Source: Orbicella franksi
Taxonomy: Eukaryota
Assembly (NCBI GenBank): GCA_964199315.1
Contig: OZ116706.1
Span: 13,826,001 to 13,890,000 of the forward strand
Reading direction: 5' to 3'
Length of the DNA: 64,000 nucleotides
The position numbers and the translations under genes were made by a program. Shown piece by piece: positions 14,122 through 28,045 of the stretch; the stretch's first letter is position 1; each line of letters begins with the position of its first letter. Under the pieces are notes generated by a model that made no database searches, was not told where the DNA came from, and saw only the letters and a program-made list of their open reading frames with translations.

Positions 14122-17100
14122 GGATGCGTTCTCATACATGTGGCATGACTTAATGTTAATTTGCGTGTGCCAGTACGGTATTTTTGGAACGCCCAAGAAC
14201 TCGCTCGTTCAAAGGTCAGTTCGTAAGCAAGGCGGACAACAGCTTGCATAATTATTAAAATCATATTGACGGAGCCTAAACTTAGCCGTGATTGTGTCAT
14301 ATCAATCGGAAGCACGCGTCAGTTTAGCTGATTGAAATGATATCATGTCGAGTTCCAAGAGACTGGGGTAGACACTTGTATTTTGATTACTGAAAAGTAA
14401 TTTATTACTTAGTAATAGACGACTTTGTTATTACTTAGTATGAGATTTAAATTGCGGGGCGTCACAGATCAGGCCGGATGCGATTGATCACGAACACGTT
14501 GCCTCGTAACTTTTTTTATGGGTTGGGGAACTCTTGGTGCATTCTCAGTGAGTAGAGTGTGGTTGACTATTCTACCAAAAATAGGTACTTAAAATGCACA
14601 CGTGTCTGCAACAGTATTCAGAAATTGCAGAATGATAGACGACATTCTTTTACTTTCACTCAAACATCCCGTAGGAAAAAAGCCTATGAATGGATAAACC
14701 TGGTAAACCTCACCACATTAGGGTGATTTGTAAGCCAGTGGCTCATTGGACTAGTGCTAGCTCTAATGGCGGCCCTCGTTCAATTCTATATACTTTCGCA
14801 TTCCCTCAAGATAATTGGACATGGTGGCCCTGGTGTGGTTCGTTGTTATGTACGTGATACGATTGATTTTATGTCCCACACGATTGCTCCCGGAATTTGG
14901 ACCAATTATTGATCATACAGTCACTTGATGGCATAGTGTAGCTCCATGTGTAGCCAAATCGCATTCAGTACCGTCTACATTTAACTGAGTGAAGCGAATT
15001 ATGCTTTTCTGCTTTTTTTAAGAAGTCTGAGGTACTTTTATCACAAGCTCGCCAAATAATGGAATAGTCTTGGAATAGTCTAAAATCGTTACAGCTGTTT
15101 TATAGCACAATTGCTTTAAGAGGAGATGCAATTTTCACGACAGGCAGCAATGAAAGTGAGGTGCTTTCTAGACGTGAAGTAGTACTCAGAAATAACGCAA
15201 ACGCGGTCGATTTTACTACGGAGCAAATGAACGTTTCTAGTGGCTTTTGCAAAAGCTTAGATCTTCCGTGACATAGATAAGGCCATTTTTACACAACCAT
15301 GATTTACTCGTCGAGTCCATTATTTTGTAGCTGAAATGTATTTCAGCGTGGTTATGTAAGCGACGATCACCTGCTTTCAGTGGATGTGTTTTTAGTGCGG
15401 TCAGTCCAAAAACCGATCTCCCAGGGACATTCAATGACTTAATCAATTGATCTTGGTTAGTAATCTGTTAAACCAGAAGAAAAACACCGCACTTTATTTG
15501 TTTTGTTTGATGCAATAGGTGCCCCGCTTAGACATATGGACGTAGGATCCGTTTAATTAAACTGTGGTTTCAAATCAGGTTCGTGGTAAACTCAGTCAGA
15601 CTCCATAGCTGGCTTTGACGAAAAACGAGGTTTGTTCAAACGTTTTTCTTTTATTTTCAGTGTTGAATTTTAAGTTCAAAATTCTGTACCCTAAGATTAG
15701 AATTATCAAAAGTATTGATAAAATCATTTTTCAATTCATGACAGTACAGATCTTCTAAGTCAGCGATCTGTTGCAGGCCCCACAAGCTCTCTCACATGAA
15801 CAGAGCAAAACTTTATTAAATCTGCTCTCTTCCAAATACATGTGAAACGATTGTTTAAGAAATTTCTAGTCAAGCTACGTGTGACTAATTTGGGGAAACA
15901 GGCAGCTCTACAGGGTACACTATCTTCTGCTGTGAAAAGTTCATTAAGAAACTAGGAGATCAATTTTCATGGGACCTGACAAACCAAGGCTGCACATCAT
16001 AAGTTTTTTTATGCGTTCTTCAACTCTTGGCATTTTAAACTATTTGCGCTGAATACTGATATAAATTCAAATGAGTTAGGATGGTAAGGGCGTTGGTTCG
16101 ATGTTCTCGAATTATCGCGAGAAATTTATTCTTCTGCTGTAAATGGAATCTTTGCCAAAAGACGTTCCTACGCAAACAAGAGGTAAAATAACTCAAAAAA
16201 GAAAAAATTTACTTATAAAAGTTATTCACAAAGCATTATTGATTTGAAATTTTCTACTGACACAAACGCACAAAGAAATGTTAGTAAAATACTTCCTACA
16301 TTTAATTTGTTGTTTAAACTTACCGTTTCGTGCAGGAGACACTTTCCATTTGTAGCAAACATGCAGTTAATTAAACTACGGCTAACGCTGAGGCATGGCT
16401 GGTAGCACATTTTCCCTCTTTTGTGTCTCAAATTAGAAAGTATGTTGCGTAAATATAGTGTTACTTACAAGACAAATAAGCTTTGTGTTAGCTTGTGATT
16501 TAATTCTAATAAAGAGGTGCAATAAAATTCACTGTCGACTCCTAAAATTAAATTTGGCAGCAACAAAAAATTGCAATTTGGCGGAAATAACAATTTTTGA
16601 TAATTTTCTAGTGCGTTATTTAAAAAAAGGCATGGTTGAAATTTGTCCTTTTTTATTGCAGGTGCCATTTGTAGTTTCAATAACAACAACACAACTAATG
16701 GGTTCTCGATAATATTCAGAAAGTCCATTGAAATATGTTCGCCTGAAGCTGACAATATTTCGATCCAGATATAAACGGAAACCGGGAAGAAATTTATTAA
16801 AATGGCTGACGATGTTTCATTGTTACCTTTTTCATATTAAAAAGACATTTTCTTGGTATCTTTAGTCGTTATGATAAACGACAAGGCGGCCGCTTCTTGT
16901 TTACAGAGCAAAGCCGAAAGTTGGGGGGGTTTGATATTGTTTTGTTAGGAAGTAATTTTCCAAGCCGAGGCAAAATCTTCATTTTGTATGCAAATTTTGT
17001 AAGCGTGGAATTTCAATGAGCTCTATACGTTGTCGGAAATGTGCGTGGTGATTGCTTGAAAAAAATTCTTAAAACATATAAATTGAGGATTCATTGTCAC

Positions 17101-17551
17101 GGTCTTCATAAACACGGATTAGTGGGCACTAGCAAGAGACTTCACCTTAAGGGCTCACCAGTTATTATGTGCTGTTAAGAGGGATTGAAACTGGTTTGCT
17201 GTAGAGATAGAAGAAGATTTAATTTATTATCCTTAACTTTTGTTACCAACAGGCTTTTTGCATAGAGCAACGAGAAGTCGAAGCTCCAACTGGACTGTGT
17301 TGTAAAGAAAAACGGACTTCGGGTGCTCGCATTCTTTCAACACTCACCTACACTCTTCAGTGAATAAACGCTTTCTTCAACTCAACGTACGAGTGCCTCT
17401 GCGAGAGCAATCTATTCGGATGAGGCCGCTGTTACTTTATCAAGGTAACTAACCAGTAGATAAACTAAAACGACGTTTGATAAACAAGCCAATTTTCCTG
17501 CTAAAATACAGCAGTGGTCATCAAAACGCAACGTCTAGAGCCATATGAACC

Positions 17552-18658
17552 ATGCAAGCTAACCTAAGCAACCTGTCATTCGACCCATTCTACAATGACG
17601 TCGAGTCTGAGGGCGAGATTCCATTTCTTGTTTTCGTCTTGTTGCTCATTGTTGCCACTGTTGCCGGTAATGGTTTCGTATTTATGGCTGTTTACACATT
17701 CCGAGAGTTGCGGACGGTGACAAATTACTTTATCGTGTCTCTTGCTTCGGCGGATTTAGCTGTAGCTCTTCTGGCGATGCCTGTGTGGCTCATCAGCGCG
17801 CTTATTCCCATCGACAATGAAAATGATCATCTGGTTCTGGACTTGTGCACCAAATGGATTGATCCTTTCTGCTGCACAGCATCCATCGTCAACGCCACAT
17901 TGGTTTCCATTGACCGTTACTGCGCCATCAGCCGGCCTTTAAGGTACAAGACCGTGGTGACACCACGCCGTGCCAAACAGTCCATCGCCATGGTTTGGGG
18001 ATTCTCATTTATCATCGCTGGAATCTCCTTTCTACAGTTCCACGAGGACCTCAAGGTCACTCACGGATATGTCATCTTTTTGTTCTTGGCCCTGTTTTGT
18101 ATTCCTCTCATTATCATGTCATTTTCCTACATCTCCATCTGCAGGGCGGCCATCAACCAGATTTCCAAGATGCAGTCAACTAGACTTGACGTAGACTCTT
18201 GCTGCGATCCAAAAAGGAGGCAGTCGTTTGAGCGGAAAAAGCGCTTCTTCAAAGAACTAAAGATCACCAAAATGCTTGCAGTCATTGTGAGCCTGTTTGT
18301 CATCTGCTGGAGTCCGTTTCTTGTTGTTACTCTCATCGAAGCTTTTACATTCGAGGAAATTCCACTTGCGGTTCAAGGAGTCATTGTCTTTCTTCCTTAC
18401 GTGCTATCGTGTGCGAACCCTTGGATCTACACTGGAATGAACAGGGACTTTCGCTTGGCTTTTAAGAAACTTTATTGCAACTCGAAAAATCTATGCCGCA
18501 ACCGTTCTAGAGACGGTGATGGTAACGAACGAATGTTAAGACCACTGTCTTCGACTACAGTCGATGATACTTTGATTTCCAACGGCCTGCGACACGGGCC
18601 CAGTTCTTTCAAAAGGGTATCTACTCGAGGACCAGAAATAAGCATTACCACCGTCTAG
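17552..18658 (+). CDS. Intronless class A (rhodopsin-like) GPCR, biogenic-amine-receptor-like, 368 aa
   Basis: Seven hydrophobic segments. Motifs GN (TM1), LASAD (TM2), DPFCCTASI with Asp3.32, DRY, CWSPF (TM6), NPWIY (TM7) and helix 8 NRDFRLAF. Confidence 0.93.
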   Translation: MQANLSNLSFDPFYNDVESEGEIPFLVFVLLLIVATVAGNGFVFMAVYTFRELRTVTNYFIVSLASADLAVALLAMPVWLISALIPIDNENDHLVLDLCTKWIDPFCCTASIVNATLVSIDRYCAISRPLRYKTVVTPRRAKQSIAMVWGFSFIIAGISFLQFHEDLKVTHGYVIFLFLALFCIPLIIMSFSYISICRAAINQISKMQSTRLDVDSCCDPKRRQSFERKKRFFKELKITKMLAVIVSLFVICWSPFLVVTLIEAFTFEEIPLAVQGVIVFLPYVLSCANPWIYTGMNRDFRLAFKKLYCNSKNLCRNRSRDGDGNERMLRPLSSTTVDDTLISNGLRHGPSSFKRVSTRGPEISITTV

Positions 18659-20729
18659 GTCTTTGGGGTAGGTGATGGTGAAAACGAAGGCAATAACAAT
18701 TAAGTCCTTAAGTCATCTTCGAACGTCGGAACTCAATTGAACTAATCATATTTAAAATATTATTTAGAGGCAGAGGATGCATTTCCTCTCAAGCTCCCAA
18801 ACTAGACGTTTTTAGAGCAGTTTAGACAGTACATAGTACTTACAATTTTAGCCATTGAAATGGTTTTGATTGACTAATGGAAGCACTCGGAAAGAGACGA
18901 CTTTTATGTCAAAAAGTGAGAAGTATTTTGAAAGTAATTCCTTCAAAACGAAAACAGCACTTTCAGATACAGCTCTAAGACAAAGCCATTTGCAGTAATG
19001 ATGCAGTCAGATAAAAAAAGAAAAGAATTTAAGGACTAAAAGAGCACATATTTTTGTCTGCGGACTGTTAGAAAATAGCAAACGGAAAGCAGGGTTTAAA
19101 ATAGCACTGACTCAAGACAGGGACGTTCACGTGTTTGCGTTGGCGTGTTGTTGGTGTCAGTGCTTTTTATTTTTTTATTTTTAAGATCTGTTACGTTGCG
19201 GAGCGGCAACAAACATTTAACATGACATACCGTGCACGAAATTTAAAAAAAGACCACAAGCTAAGCTTTCTAAGGTGTTTTGGTGCCTTGGGAGAGGTAA
19301 CACCAAAGAAAAATAAAAAAGTGTATTTTACTTTGTGCATTTCCTACCCACGATCCACGAAACCAATTTGAGCCCAAGGATTCAGGAAGTGGGCCTTGAT
19401 GGAGATAAATTTGAATTTATTTTGTTGGTCGTACTGAGTGAAAACTTTCAGCCTATCTTCACCGTGTAACGTAACACCTATTATTCTTGGAGTTGCACTT
19501 TATCTTATACTGTAAATTAAATGTTACAGTGTACATATATAGTCATCTAGTCTAGCTATAAAATATTAATTTGCGTATAGAGAGAATAAAGCGAAAATGA
19601 GCAATTTTCCAAACGTCTTTTACATGTCTACAACTATATAGTTTGTTGTCGAAAAGAACGAATGAAATTTTAATAACTAGCACTTGGCTAAAGAGGCTGT
19701 CTTTCTACTTCCGCAATGTCATGGCTACCTATAGCCATTAATCTCATTTCATGTCCTGTTACAAGCTACTGTAGACCGTAACGGCATTTGGACCACCTCG
19801 TAGTTTTCAAAATATTGCTGAAACCAGGACCCGGAAATAAGATAAATTCCTAAATTCAAGAGTTATATCTAGAATAAATTGACGATAAACGTTAACTTCA
19901 CGCATTGCATATGATGTTTGCGATACATCATATATAAGTAACAATTGCACTATTTTTCTGGGCTCGATTCAGTGAAGTCGATATTTTATAAAAGCAAATG
20001 TAACAATCTTGAATTTTTGCGTAGCGGCAATTTCCAATTTTTTCAATGGTTCTTTCTTCCTGTACAACTTACGGTATCTGTGCGTGCAAACTACAAAAAC
20101 ATTCATCGGAGTTGGTTTGACGACGCAAAGATCTGCGAAATAAACAAAAATTATTTTGGATACGACGGGTGTTTGGGCAGACAAGTGTGCAAATTTTGTG
20201 TTGATTTTCTCATTCGATTGCTAATTTCAAAGCCCATGCCCCGGGCTTATACATGGTTTATGGTTTTCGTGACGGACCAAAATCACCTCGAAGGTTTCCA
20301 GAAAAAAAAAAAAAAAGGTTTTAAATATTATCAGCTGCAAGCCACTTGATACGGTTTTCATTGTTTACTAGAAATAAAATCTCAGCAAGATCTTTCGTAT
20401 CACAAAAGTGCCGACAAGAAGTTTGTTTATCGTTTCATAAAATTCCTCTTATGAGTTTCGACGTTTTTAATAACAATTTCCTTTGGTTGCCGTGTATTAT
20501 TGAATAAATATTGTTTTGAAAAAGTCAGGGCACCTTTTTCAAAGAACAATCCGCGGTACAAGAACGATATGGGATGGTATGGCGGTTTTTAAGATCCCAT
20601 TTGATTTACAATAACTTGTAGGCACCCAGTGGAGAAGATTAAACAGGTGGATAACATCAGTCAAAGTTTAAAAGGCCAGCCGCTGCCCTCCTACATTACA
20701 CCCCATTAGCTACCAAATAATAAAGTAAT

Positions 20730-20955
20730 AGAAAACATGTACCGTGTTTCTATCGAGTTATAGAAACACGAGTGGAAGTTTGGGAGAACGAGAAATGCTG
20801 TAGGAACACGAGCTACGTTAACTTTGATTATCAAAGTGTAAATTCTCTTTGCTCGCGCCATAATCAAGTCAACAGCTCGTGCTAGTTGTGTTTCCATCGA
20901 GTTATAGAAACACATTTTAACCAATCAGCGCACTTATTTTCTTAGGACTGTTTTC
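20730..20955. repeat. Dispersed repeat with two directly repeated 26-bp palindromic sites
   Basis: GTGTTTCTAT-CGAGTT-ATAGAAACAC at 20744-20769 and a one-mismatch copy at 20888-20913. Confidence 0.6.
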
Positions 20956-23616
20956 TAATTGTTTGTATCATGTAGAAGTGAGAGTGTTTGTGTCGCGTAG
21001 AAGCCACCTTAATCTGAATGGTTGAATGGCCATTGTATTTAAAATACAGATGGGATTAACGAGTGTGCCAGAATCATAGCTTTGACTAAAAGGAATACCA
21101 TACCAAAATGTCTGTCCAATTTCATATTTTGAGTAAACTGGTATTTACGCTGTTCTGCATATGCATACATGAAATGTTTACTTACACTACATAATATGAA
21201 AGAACTTTGACAAACTGGTTAATCAAAGAAGTTTCATTCTCGATTTTTTTTTTCGAAATTTCAAATAGCAGCAAAGTAATACCATTACTTCTCAAGTCTT
21301 AATGGCCATCTGATATGAGCACAAGAGGACTGATTTTCCATTTAGTATGCTAAAAGGAATCGCCTGAAAATTGTGGTCACAGAGGACAAAGAAGATCGGA
21401 ATTTAAACTGACTAAACATCTGAACTAACTGCGGTTGGGTTTTAGAAACAATATCTTTGAAAAACGTTTCTTTGGAAAATTTCTATCCCTGAAAATTAAG
21501 GAGTTCAAACCTGACATTGCACACGAAAATTTATGGGATGAAATATTACGTATATCTCGAGCTCCAAACCTTTCGCCTGTAAACCATTACACAGACAACC
21601 AAAAGAATTCGAGTTACCTTTGAAATGCAGTTTATTTAACAAAATACACCGGCAAAGGCATTGGTCTCTAAAAAAAATTGTTGGGCTGCATTGGTGCGCA
21701 AGTGAAACACATAGTTATAATTACCAACTTGAAATTGACCGCCATAGCGAATTTGTAAATCGGACGTTTCGAGCGAAGCCGTCGAATTGAATCGCACTGT
21801 TCGCGCCAAATTATTTGTTTAGAGCAATTCTTGTTAAGATTATTTTATTTTTCCACTGTATAACACTTTTTCACATATTTTATCACATTTTAGCGTTCGC
21901 CACATTTTTATCTATTATAATTTGTTAACATATTTATGCTAATTCAGAAAATTTTACTCACTTGAAAATGACCTCGGAGAGGTCGAAACGCCGTGACTTT
22001 TTAGCGCTAGTTTTTATTTCAATATAGAATTTTTTCTTTTAATAAGTTTTAGATTTTACTCGGATTGAGACCGTTGATGGCGTATGATCGACTGATAAGG
22101 TGAACTTTGAATATAACTTTATTTTAGAATTATAGCAGTTTCATTAGATGTGGGAATTGTAAACGTTTTTGTTTTTCATGCAATTTGAGTGCGTTTGCAT
22201 CCCGATTATAACACCCTCGCATTAGGGCATTGCCTAAAGTTTTCGAGCAAGATCACCGCTCCCCGACCCCCCCCCCCCCCCCGCACCCCTCAAGTCCGAA
22301 GGTGCCCGTACGGCTATGACCTCTTCATAAGCATGACACAGAGAGACTCTAATAAATTGATTGGTGCTGTTATTGATTGTTTAATCGATTTAAAGTTAGA
22401 GTTAAAGAAGAACAGAAAATGAAAACCTGAATACGGGTAGCGAATGAGGTTACTGGTTGGAAATTTAGAGTAAAAATGTGTAAAATCTGAAATGTTTTCC
22501 ATATATTGGGTCATGCAATCTTCGTGGGTATTATGTGATAACTGGAATTCTAATTGCTACAAGGAAGTTCAATTCGTAGGACTTGATACGAAAACGGGTT
22601 ACATGAACGACAAATGAAATAAACAAACTATCGGATTATGAGTCAAATTATTACCGAAGAATCTTTAAAGTGAAGTTCCAAAGTGATCGTTTATTGATTA
22701 CTTGAGCAATTACTTTAACTTTTGTTGATGCGAAGTCGGTGTATTTTGTTCATCATCAATTTCAAATCGAATCTGGAAAGTAGTATCATCACTGAAAGGG
22801 GACTCAGTACTATAATTCAGTCAGCTAGGCAAAACTTGGTTTTATTAGCACTAGCTGTGCGAATACGAGCAGCAGCATGCATTTACAAGTGACTAAAACA
22901 CATTCATTCTTTTCACGTTGTCCCAATTAGGGGTTATCCTTCATAAGTGGAAGCATAAGCATGGATACACGAAGAACAAAATTGTTCTTTATTCCTCTTT
23001 TAATTCTTATACTAGTAATAATCAGAGATTAGAGGAGTGCTTTCGACAGGATATTGTCTGTGAGAGGGAGTTAACAGGATTTATAGGCATATATGTTGCT
23101 ATTTTACTCGGTAGATTTACTTTGTGGCACAATGGCCGCCGAGCTTGACAAATCGGTAAATTCACTTTCTGGCACAATCGCCGCCAAGCTACACAACTTA
23201 GTTCGTTTATCATGTGACCAAAAGCTATAGTAATGTTGCTCGATGACTGTCGAATGTATTCACTGCCAAATTCATTCACAATGACAAGATGGCTTTTCTT
23301 CGTCGAAGGCGAGAGGGTTGATAACACAATGCCGAATTTCCGTTTGATATTTGCACCGGGAGTAGCACACAAGTCCCTAAGACTTTGATAAAACATTTTG
23401 AAAAACATAACGACTTACTCGAACGAAATATAAGGCAATTTAACTTACCAACAGCAGTAGTTTCTCCTATAAAGAACAGCCAAATAATTCCACCTTCTTG
23501 ACTACTTTCTCCACATACGCAAAAGCACGTGGAACTTGCGTGAAATCGAGGCCAATAGGCTTAGAAGCGAGGGCACAGTCTCAGAGGGGGTGGGGGCTAA
23601 ATTTGACGCGACTTAA

Positions 23617-24514
23617 GGACGGTGCCTACTTTTGATTGTGCGCACACGTTTGCGCATCACGCAAGCATGGTTTAAGCGCCACGCACGCGCTGGGTTGACA
23701 GTGACGCAATCAACTACGCTACCAAGTACACGACTGAAATGAAAGCAAAGTTTTCCTACTGTGACCAAATCAAGTTTAAGGAACCTGTACTTAAACCAGG
23801 AATACCAGACTAGCAGCGTATCGCTAACCACTAACTGTTAACGTCTTCCAGCTGAAAAACTAGCCGTTATCTGTCAAAAATTATACTGAAATCCAATTGT
23901 AAACATGTACCTGCACATGGCGTAGTGCGCACGCGAAACAAGTATGAGATACGCATTTGTTTTACTAACTAGGGAGGTGACAGGAAAAATGTTACGGGCA
24001 CCGTAAAAGTTTTCAAACAAGATCAATAACTTTAACAAACGCGTGGTTACCTCTACATTTTATGTTATGAAATGGAAGTGGCAAGCCTATTCAACACGTG
24101 ATTAGTTTCTGGTTGTGAGCAAAAGGTATTTAGACTGTATTTTAGCTGAACCAGAGGAAGGCTGTCAGAGACGCTAAAAACGCTGTGGCAACGATTTTGT
24201 TATTAAAAACATAGCAAAAATGGTTTTTATGTTACCATTTACCATGTAGTTTTAAGATCTTTATAAATGTGTTTGCGTTTCTGTATATAAAGGCGAATTC
24301 TATGGAAATCTGTGAAGAAATATCCTTTCCTTCTTTTTTTTTCAGAAAAATGCTGATGTCAGCATTTTTGATGAGATTCAAGGTTAATTATCTCGAAAAA
24401 ACGCCCAGCTACCCCAATTTTTTTTTCTGGATGCTAATAGCCCTTACAAAGATCTACTTTTTCCGCGTGGTCCTAACCCGGAGCAAAAACCTTTGTATTT
24501 AGTAGGCACCGTCC
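23617..24514. mobile_element. Non-autonomous TIR element flanked by TTAA (Kolobok-like)
   Basis: 14-bp TIR GGACGGTGCCTACT (23617-23630) / AGTAGGCACCGTCC (24501-24514). TTAA on the left, T-TTAA on the right. Superfamily is inferred from TTAA plus RR termini. Confidence 0.7.
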
Positions 24515-25712
24515 TTTAATTCGTGGTGAGGACAACAAAAGAAAATATCGGTGTGTTTGTTCTGGCTATGTTTCAGTCGCTGAAACTGTCCTCACTCTTC
24601 TTGTGCGTTGAAAAGTAAGACCTTCTAAGACGGGGGTTTTCAAGCGTAGGATTTCGCAATGATTCATCTCAGAAAATGAATGAACGATTATGTGGATTAG
24701 ACTGGTGGAACTAAAAGATGTTACTAGAATTTCATTTCAGATATGGTCAGTGACTTGATGGTTAGTGCTCGCGGTTCTCGTTAGAAAAACAACTGACAAG
24801 TTGACAGCCTGAGTGAGAAATTTTCTTCTCCAGCAGAGAGCAAATTTCCTCAGTTCCACATGATGGTCAACGTTTCGAGTCATGTATAACAAAAGTGTCC
24901 GGTTTCGGTATAAACAAAAGCTGAAACATATGATTCATTATGTTGTTGCGGTGAGCCTGCAAGTCCGATGTTGGTCGTAAATCAGTTTCTTAACATCAAA
25001 ATTCAACGTGCGGATTCTTGGAAACTCAGTATGTGGCAAGGTCAAGCCGACGAGGAAATGTGTTTGCTAAATGACCAGTTTTTTTAAAAAAAACTCAGCT
25101 ATTATTGGACCTAAGTGATGACTTGAGGAAACCATTGACACCTTCCCTAGGCAACTTCACCCGGATCCACCCAATCCGGTCACGGAAAAAGTTATTACTT
25201 CCTGCAAAATTAACGCCGCTAACTTTTATTGAAGATTCTTCTTTTTAGTCAGTTCTTAAGGGCAACGCCGCCCTTTTCCAATCAAAAACAAGCTGGTAAC
25301 TCTCTCTAAATTAAATGATTCATTTTTGTCTGTTATTTTTCTCGCTTTTTTCTCATCTTTGCAACCTGTGTGTAATGTTGTTTGATAAAAACAAACCGTT
25401 GCTCTTATATTTATAGGCTGATTAATTTTGGTGGATCTTATGAACGCATTTAACTGGATTAATGCAATAAAAATGACATTAAACCCATTTCATGATGACG
25501 AAAACATACATTTTTCGGTGTTTTGCTAACACATAGCCGAATAAATCAACATCTGTCCAGTTTTTTTTTTTCCTAAATTCTGTTTTTGTTTGAGACAGTT
25601 CACCCCCAACAAGCTGGAACTCGCGATCAAAGAACCCGGGAATGTTATATTTTTATGAACAAAGCTATCTTAAAAAGAATAACAAGGAAGCATTTGCGTT
25701 GTAAAAAATTTA

Positions 25713-26093
25713 GGCCCCGTCCACACAAAGCGTTTTCGCTTGAAAACGCACACCTTTTTTTTCAGGCGTTTTCGCTTACCGCTCACACTAAAACGATCGA
25801 AAACGTTCATCAGTCTTCTTCGAAAACGCATACACTGGAAAACGCTATTTAGAATGAGGACACTTGAAGACAAAGTCCTATTGTCGTGGACAGCGAAAAA
25901 CGGAGCCTTTGAAAACATAAACGTCATTCACATCAAATGTGCGCATGTGAAAAAGATGGTTGTGTTTCCTCATTGCGTATGTATGTTTTCTAGCATTTTA
26001 GTTTGGACGGAGAAAATCGGCTGCGAAAACGGTAGTGTGGACTTGAATATTTGATTGATGCCCATTCGAAAAGGCTCTAGTGTCGATGGGGCC
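25713..26093. mobile_element. PIF/Harbinger-type MITE
   Basis: Termini GGCCCCGTCCACAC / GTGTCGATGGGGCC with a 3-bp TTA duplication (25710-12 and 26094-96). Confidence 0.8.
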
Positions 26094-26734
26094 TTAAAGC
26101 TCTTTAATTAATCAATCAATTAATTTGTTTATTTGGGGCAATAAAATCGAAAGGACATCAACCGCTCATCTCAAAATGACTAGTGCCGTGTGTTTTTTTT
26201 TTTTCGAAATTATTTACCTCGGGCTCTGCTGACATTTTATTTTGCGGTTTCTTTTGGTTCATTTTGTTTTCAAAGTAATGAGTTTGGGAAACTAACCCAC
26301 GCAACTCTAACGATCACGAACAACTGAACACGATCGCACGCGTCTTTAATTATTTTCACACACAAGCCCACAAAACATCAATTTAACGCCCTTTGCTCCT
26401 CTCAAAGCAAAAAGATTAAGCTCTTAAAAGCCTTCCTTGCCCAAAAAATTTAATTCAAATAGTTCCTATTGACCTCTTTTGTTTGCCTCAGGGGTGTTTA
26501 ATATTCCTTTGGGGGTGGGATGGGGTTGTTAAAACAGAGACACAGACTCAACACGAGCCGTTGGCATTGGGAATATTAAACCATTCAAGATAACCAGCCC
26601 TTAGACTTGGCCTATGCAGTCGGTCTTAATAAGTGAGATTGAGGCAACACAAGAAGTTAATGTGTTTAATGCTCTCATGTGGCTTGGGACTCTGGGTTCA
26701 TGAGCAAAACCCCTTGCACGAGAGGTGTATGCCT

Positions 26735-27030
26735 CCCGGGGGGGACTCCCATGTAAAAAGGACGGGGGGTGCTCGTCGGAAGTTTCGAAAAGAACCCGTA
26801 AGAGGTACCTAGATTCTGTTTTGTGGGCGTGGCTCGAAATTTTTTTCACCCCTTGTAGGTATCAATTCTAAAACAAAACATTATCTCCGGTCATTTTTTT
26901 TGGCTCAATACCCTAGAAGGTACTGCAAAAGCTCCTGCTGTGGACCTTTTGAGGCTGAACACCCTCACAGGTACCAAAACCACTTCTTTAACCCCTAAAA
27001 GGTACGACAAGCACCCCCCGTCCTCGCCCG
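26735..27030. mobile_element. MITE with GC-rich inverted ends, right end truncated
   Basis: AGGACGGGGGGTGCTCGTCG near 26759 is inverted relative to CGACAAGCACCCCCCGTCCT near 27005. Confidence 0.55.
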
Positions 27031-27745
27031 GTGTATGCATGTTAACGACCCAAATCCTTCTATGAATCACAGTTTAGCCTTACTTTTCTTTATTAAGATT
27101 CCGCTATAGGTTTACTAGTGGTTTTATACTGTTACAATATGTACCAACCAAGGAAATGATCTAACAGAAGACTTACAAATCTCAACCTGTTTTCGGAAAT
27201 AAGTATTAATGCAATTCTTAATTTTTGATCCTGTAAACAGGTATTATTATAGTTCATGTTCATTAGCGTTACAGTTATTTTTATTCTAAGTTGGGTCTCT
27301 CTTATTAGCAGAGGGCTCTCCCTCTGCTAGATACTTTTATACATGTAAATATCATTCATTCGCTCATAAGTTCATTCAATGCTACACCTCATAACGTAGT
27401 AAAATGCAACTAGAATGCACAGGACGAAAAAGGTTTCCAAATTTATCACAGCTACGGTACTTAAAAGTTAACGTAATGCACAAACCTATGAATGTAGCCC
27501 AAAACGATTTTCCAGAGTCTGTCACGAAGTATGAAGTTGATTTGTATGTTGAGATATCCCAGCTGATGTAGAAAGTGACTTTGTTCATGTTGCCTAAGTT
27601 CTTTAGGTAATTACAGTATTCTAAATGTAGTTAATAAAATTAAAGTCACTGTCATTATGGAAGTTCAGTTCCCTAGCACTAAAAGTAACCAAGAGATGGG
27701 AGGTACAGTACATGTATTTTAAGAGATGCCCTAACAATTAGTGCA

Positions 27746-28045
27746 GGCACGATGGCCTCATAGTTAGTGTGCTCCACTCCAGATCAAGTGGTCCGGGTTC
27801 GAGCCCTGGCCAGGGACATTGTGTTGTGTTCTTGGGTAAGACACTTTACTAACACAGTACCTCTCTCCACCCAGGTGTATAAATGGGTACCGGCGAATTC
27901 AATGCTGGGGGTAACCCTGCGATGGACTAGCATCCCATCCAGGGGGAGTAGAAATACTCCTAGTCGCTTCATGCTACTGATACTGGAGATAAGTGCCAGC
28001 TTGGTGACCCACTTGGCTCGCATGCAGAATTAACCTTTACCTACC
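27746..28045 (+). mobile_element. tRNA-derived SINE
   Basis: Pol III A box TGGCCTCATAG (27753-63) and B box GGTTCGAGCCC (27796-806), then a body shared with the copies at 28866-29060 and 30236-30525. Confidence 0.85.

Noticed and set aside
21840-22010. Possible Penelope-like 3' end (CTTGAAAATGACCTCGGAGAGGTCGAAACG)
   Set aside because: Resemblance from memory only, with no adjacent RT or GIY-YIG remnant. It is too weak to list as a feature.
23022-23408. 128-aa ORF with an internal duplicated peptide
   Set aside because: It is explained by a 45-bp direct duplication (about 23110-23200), with no recognisable domain or splice context.
27746-27830. Possible tRNA gene
   Set aside because: A and B boxes are present but there is no complete cloverleaf, and they continue into a body repeated three times. 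It is a SINE head.
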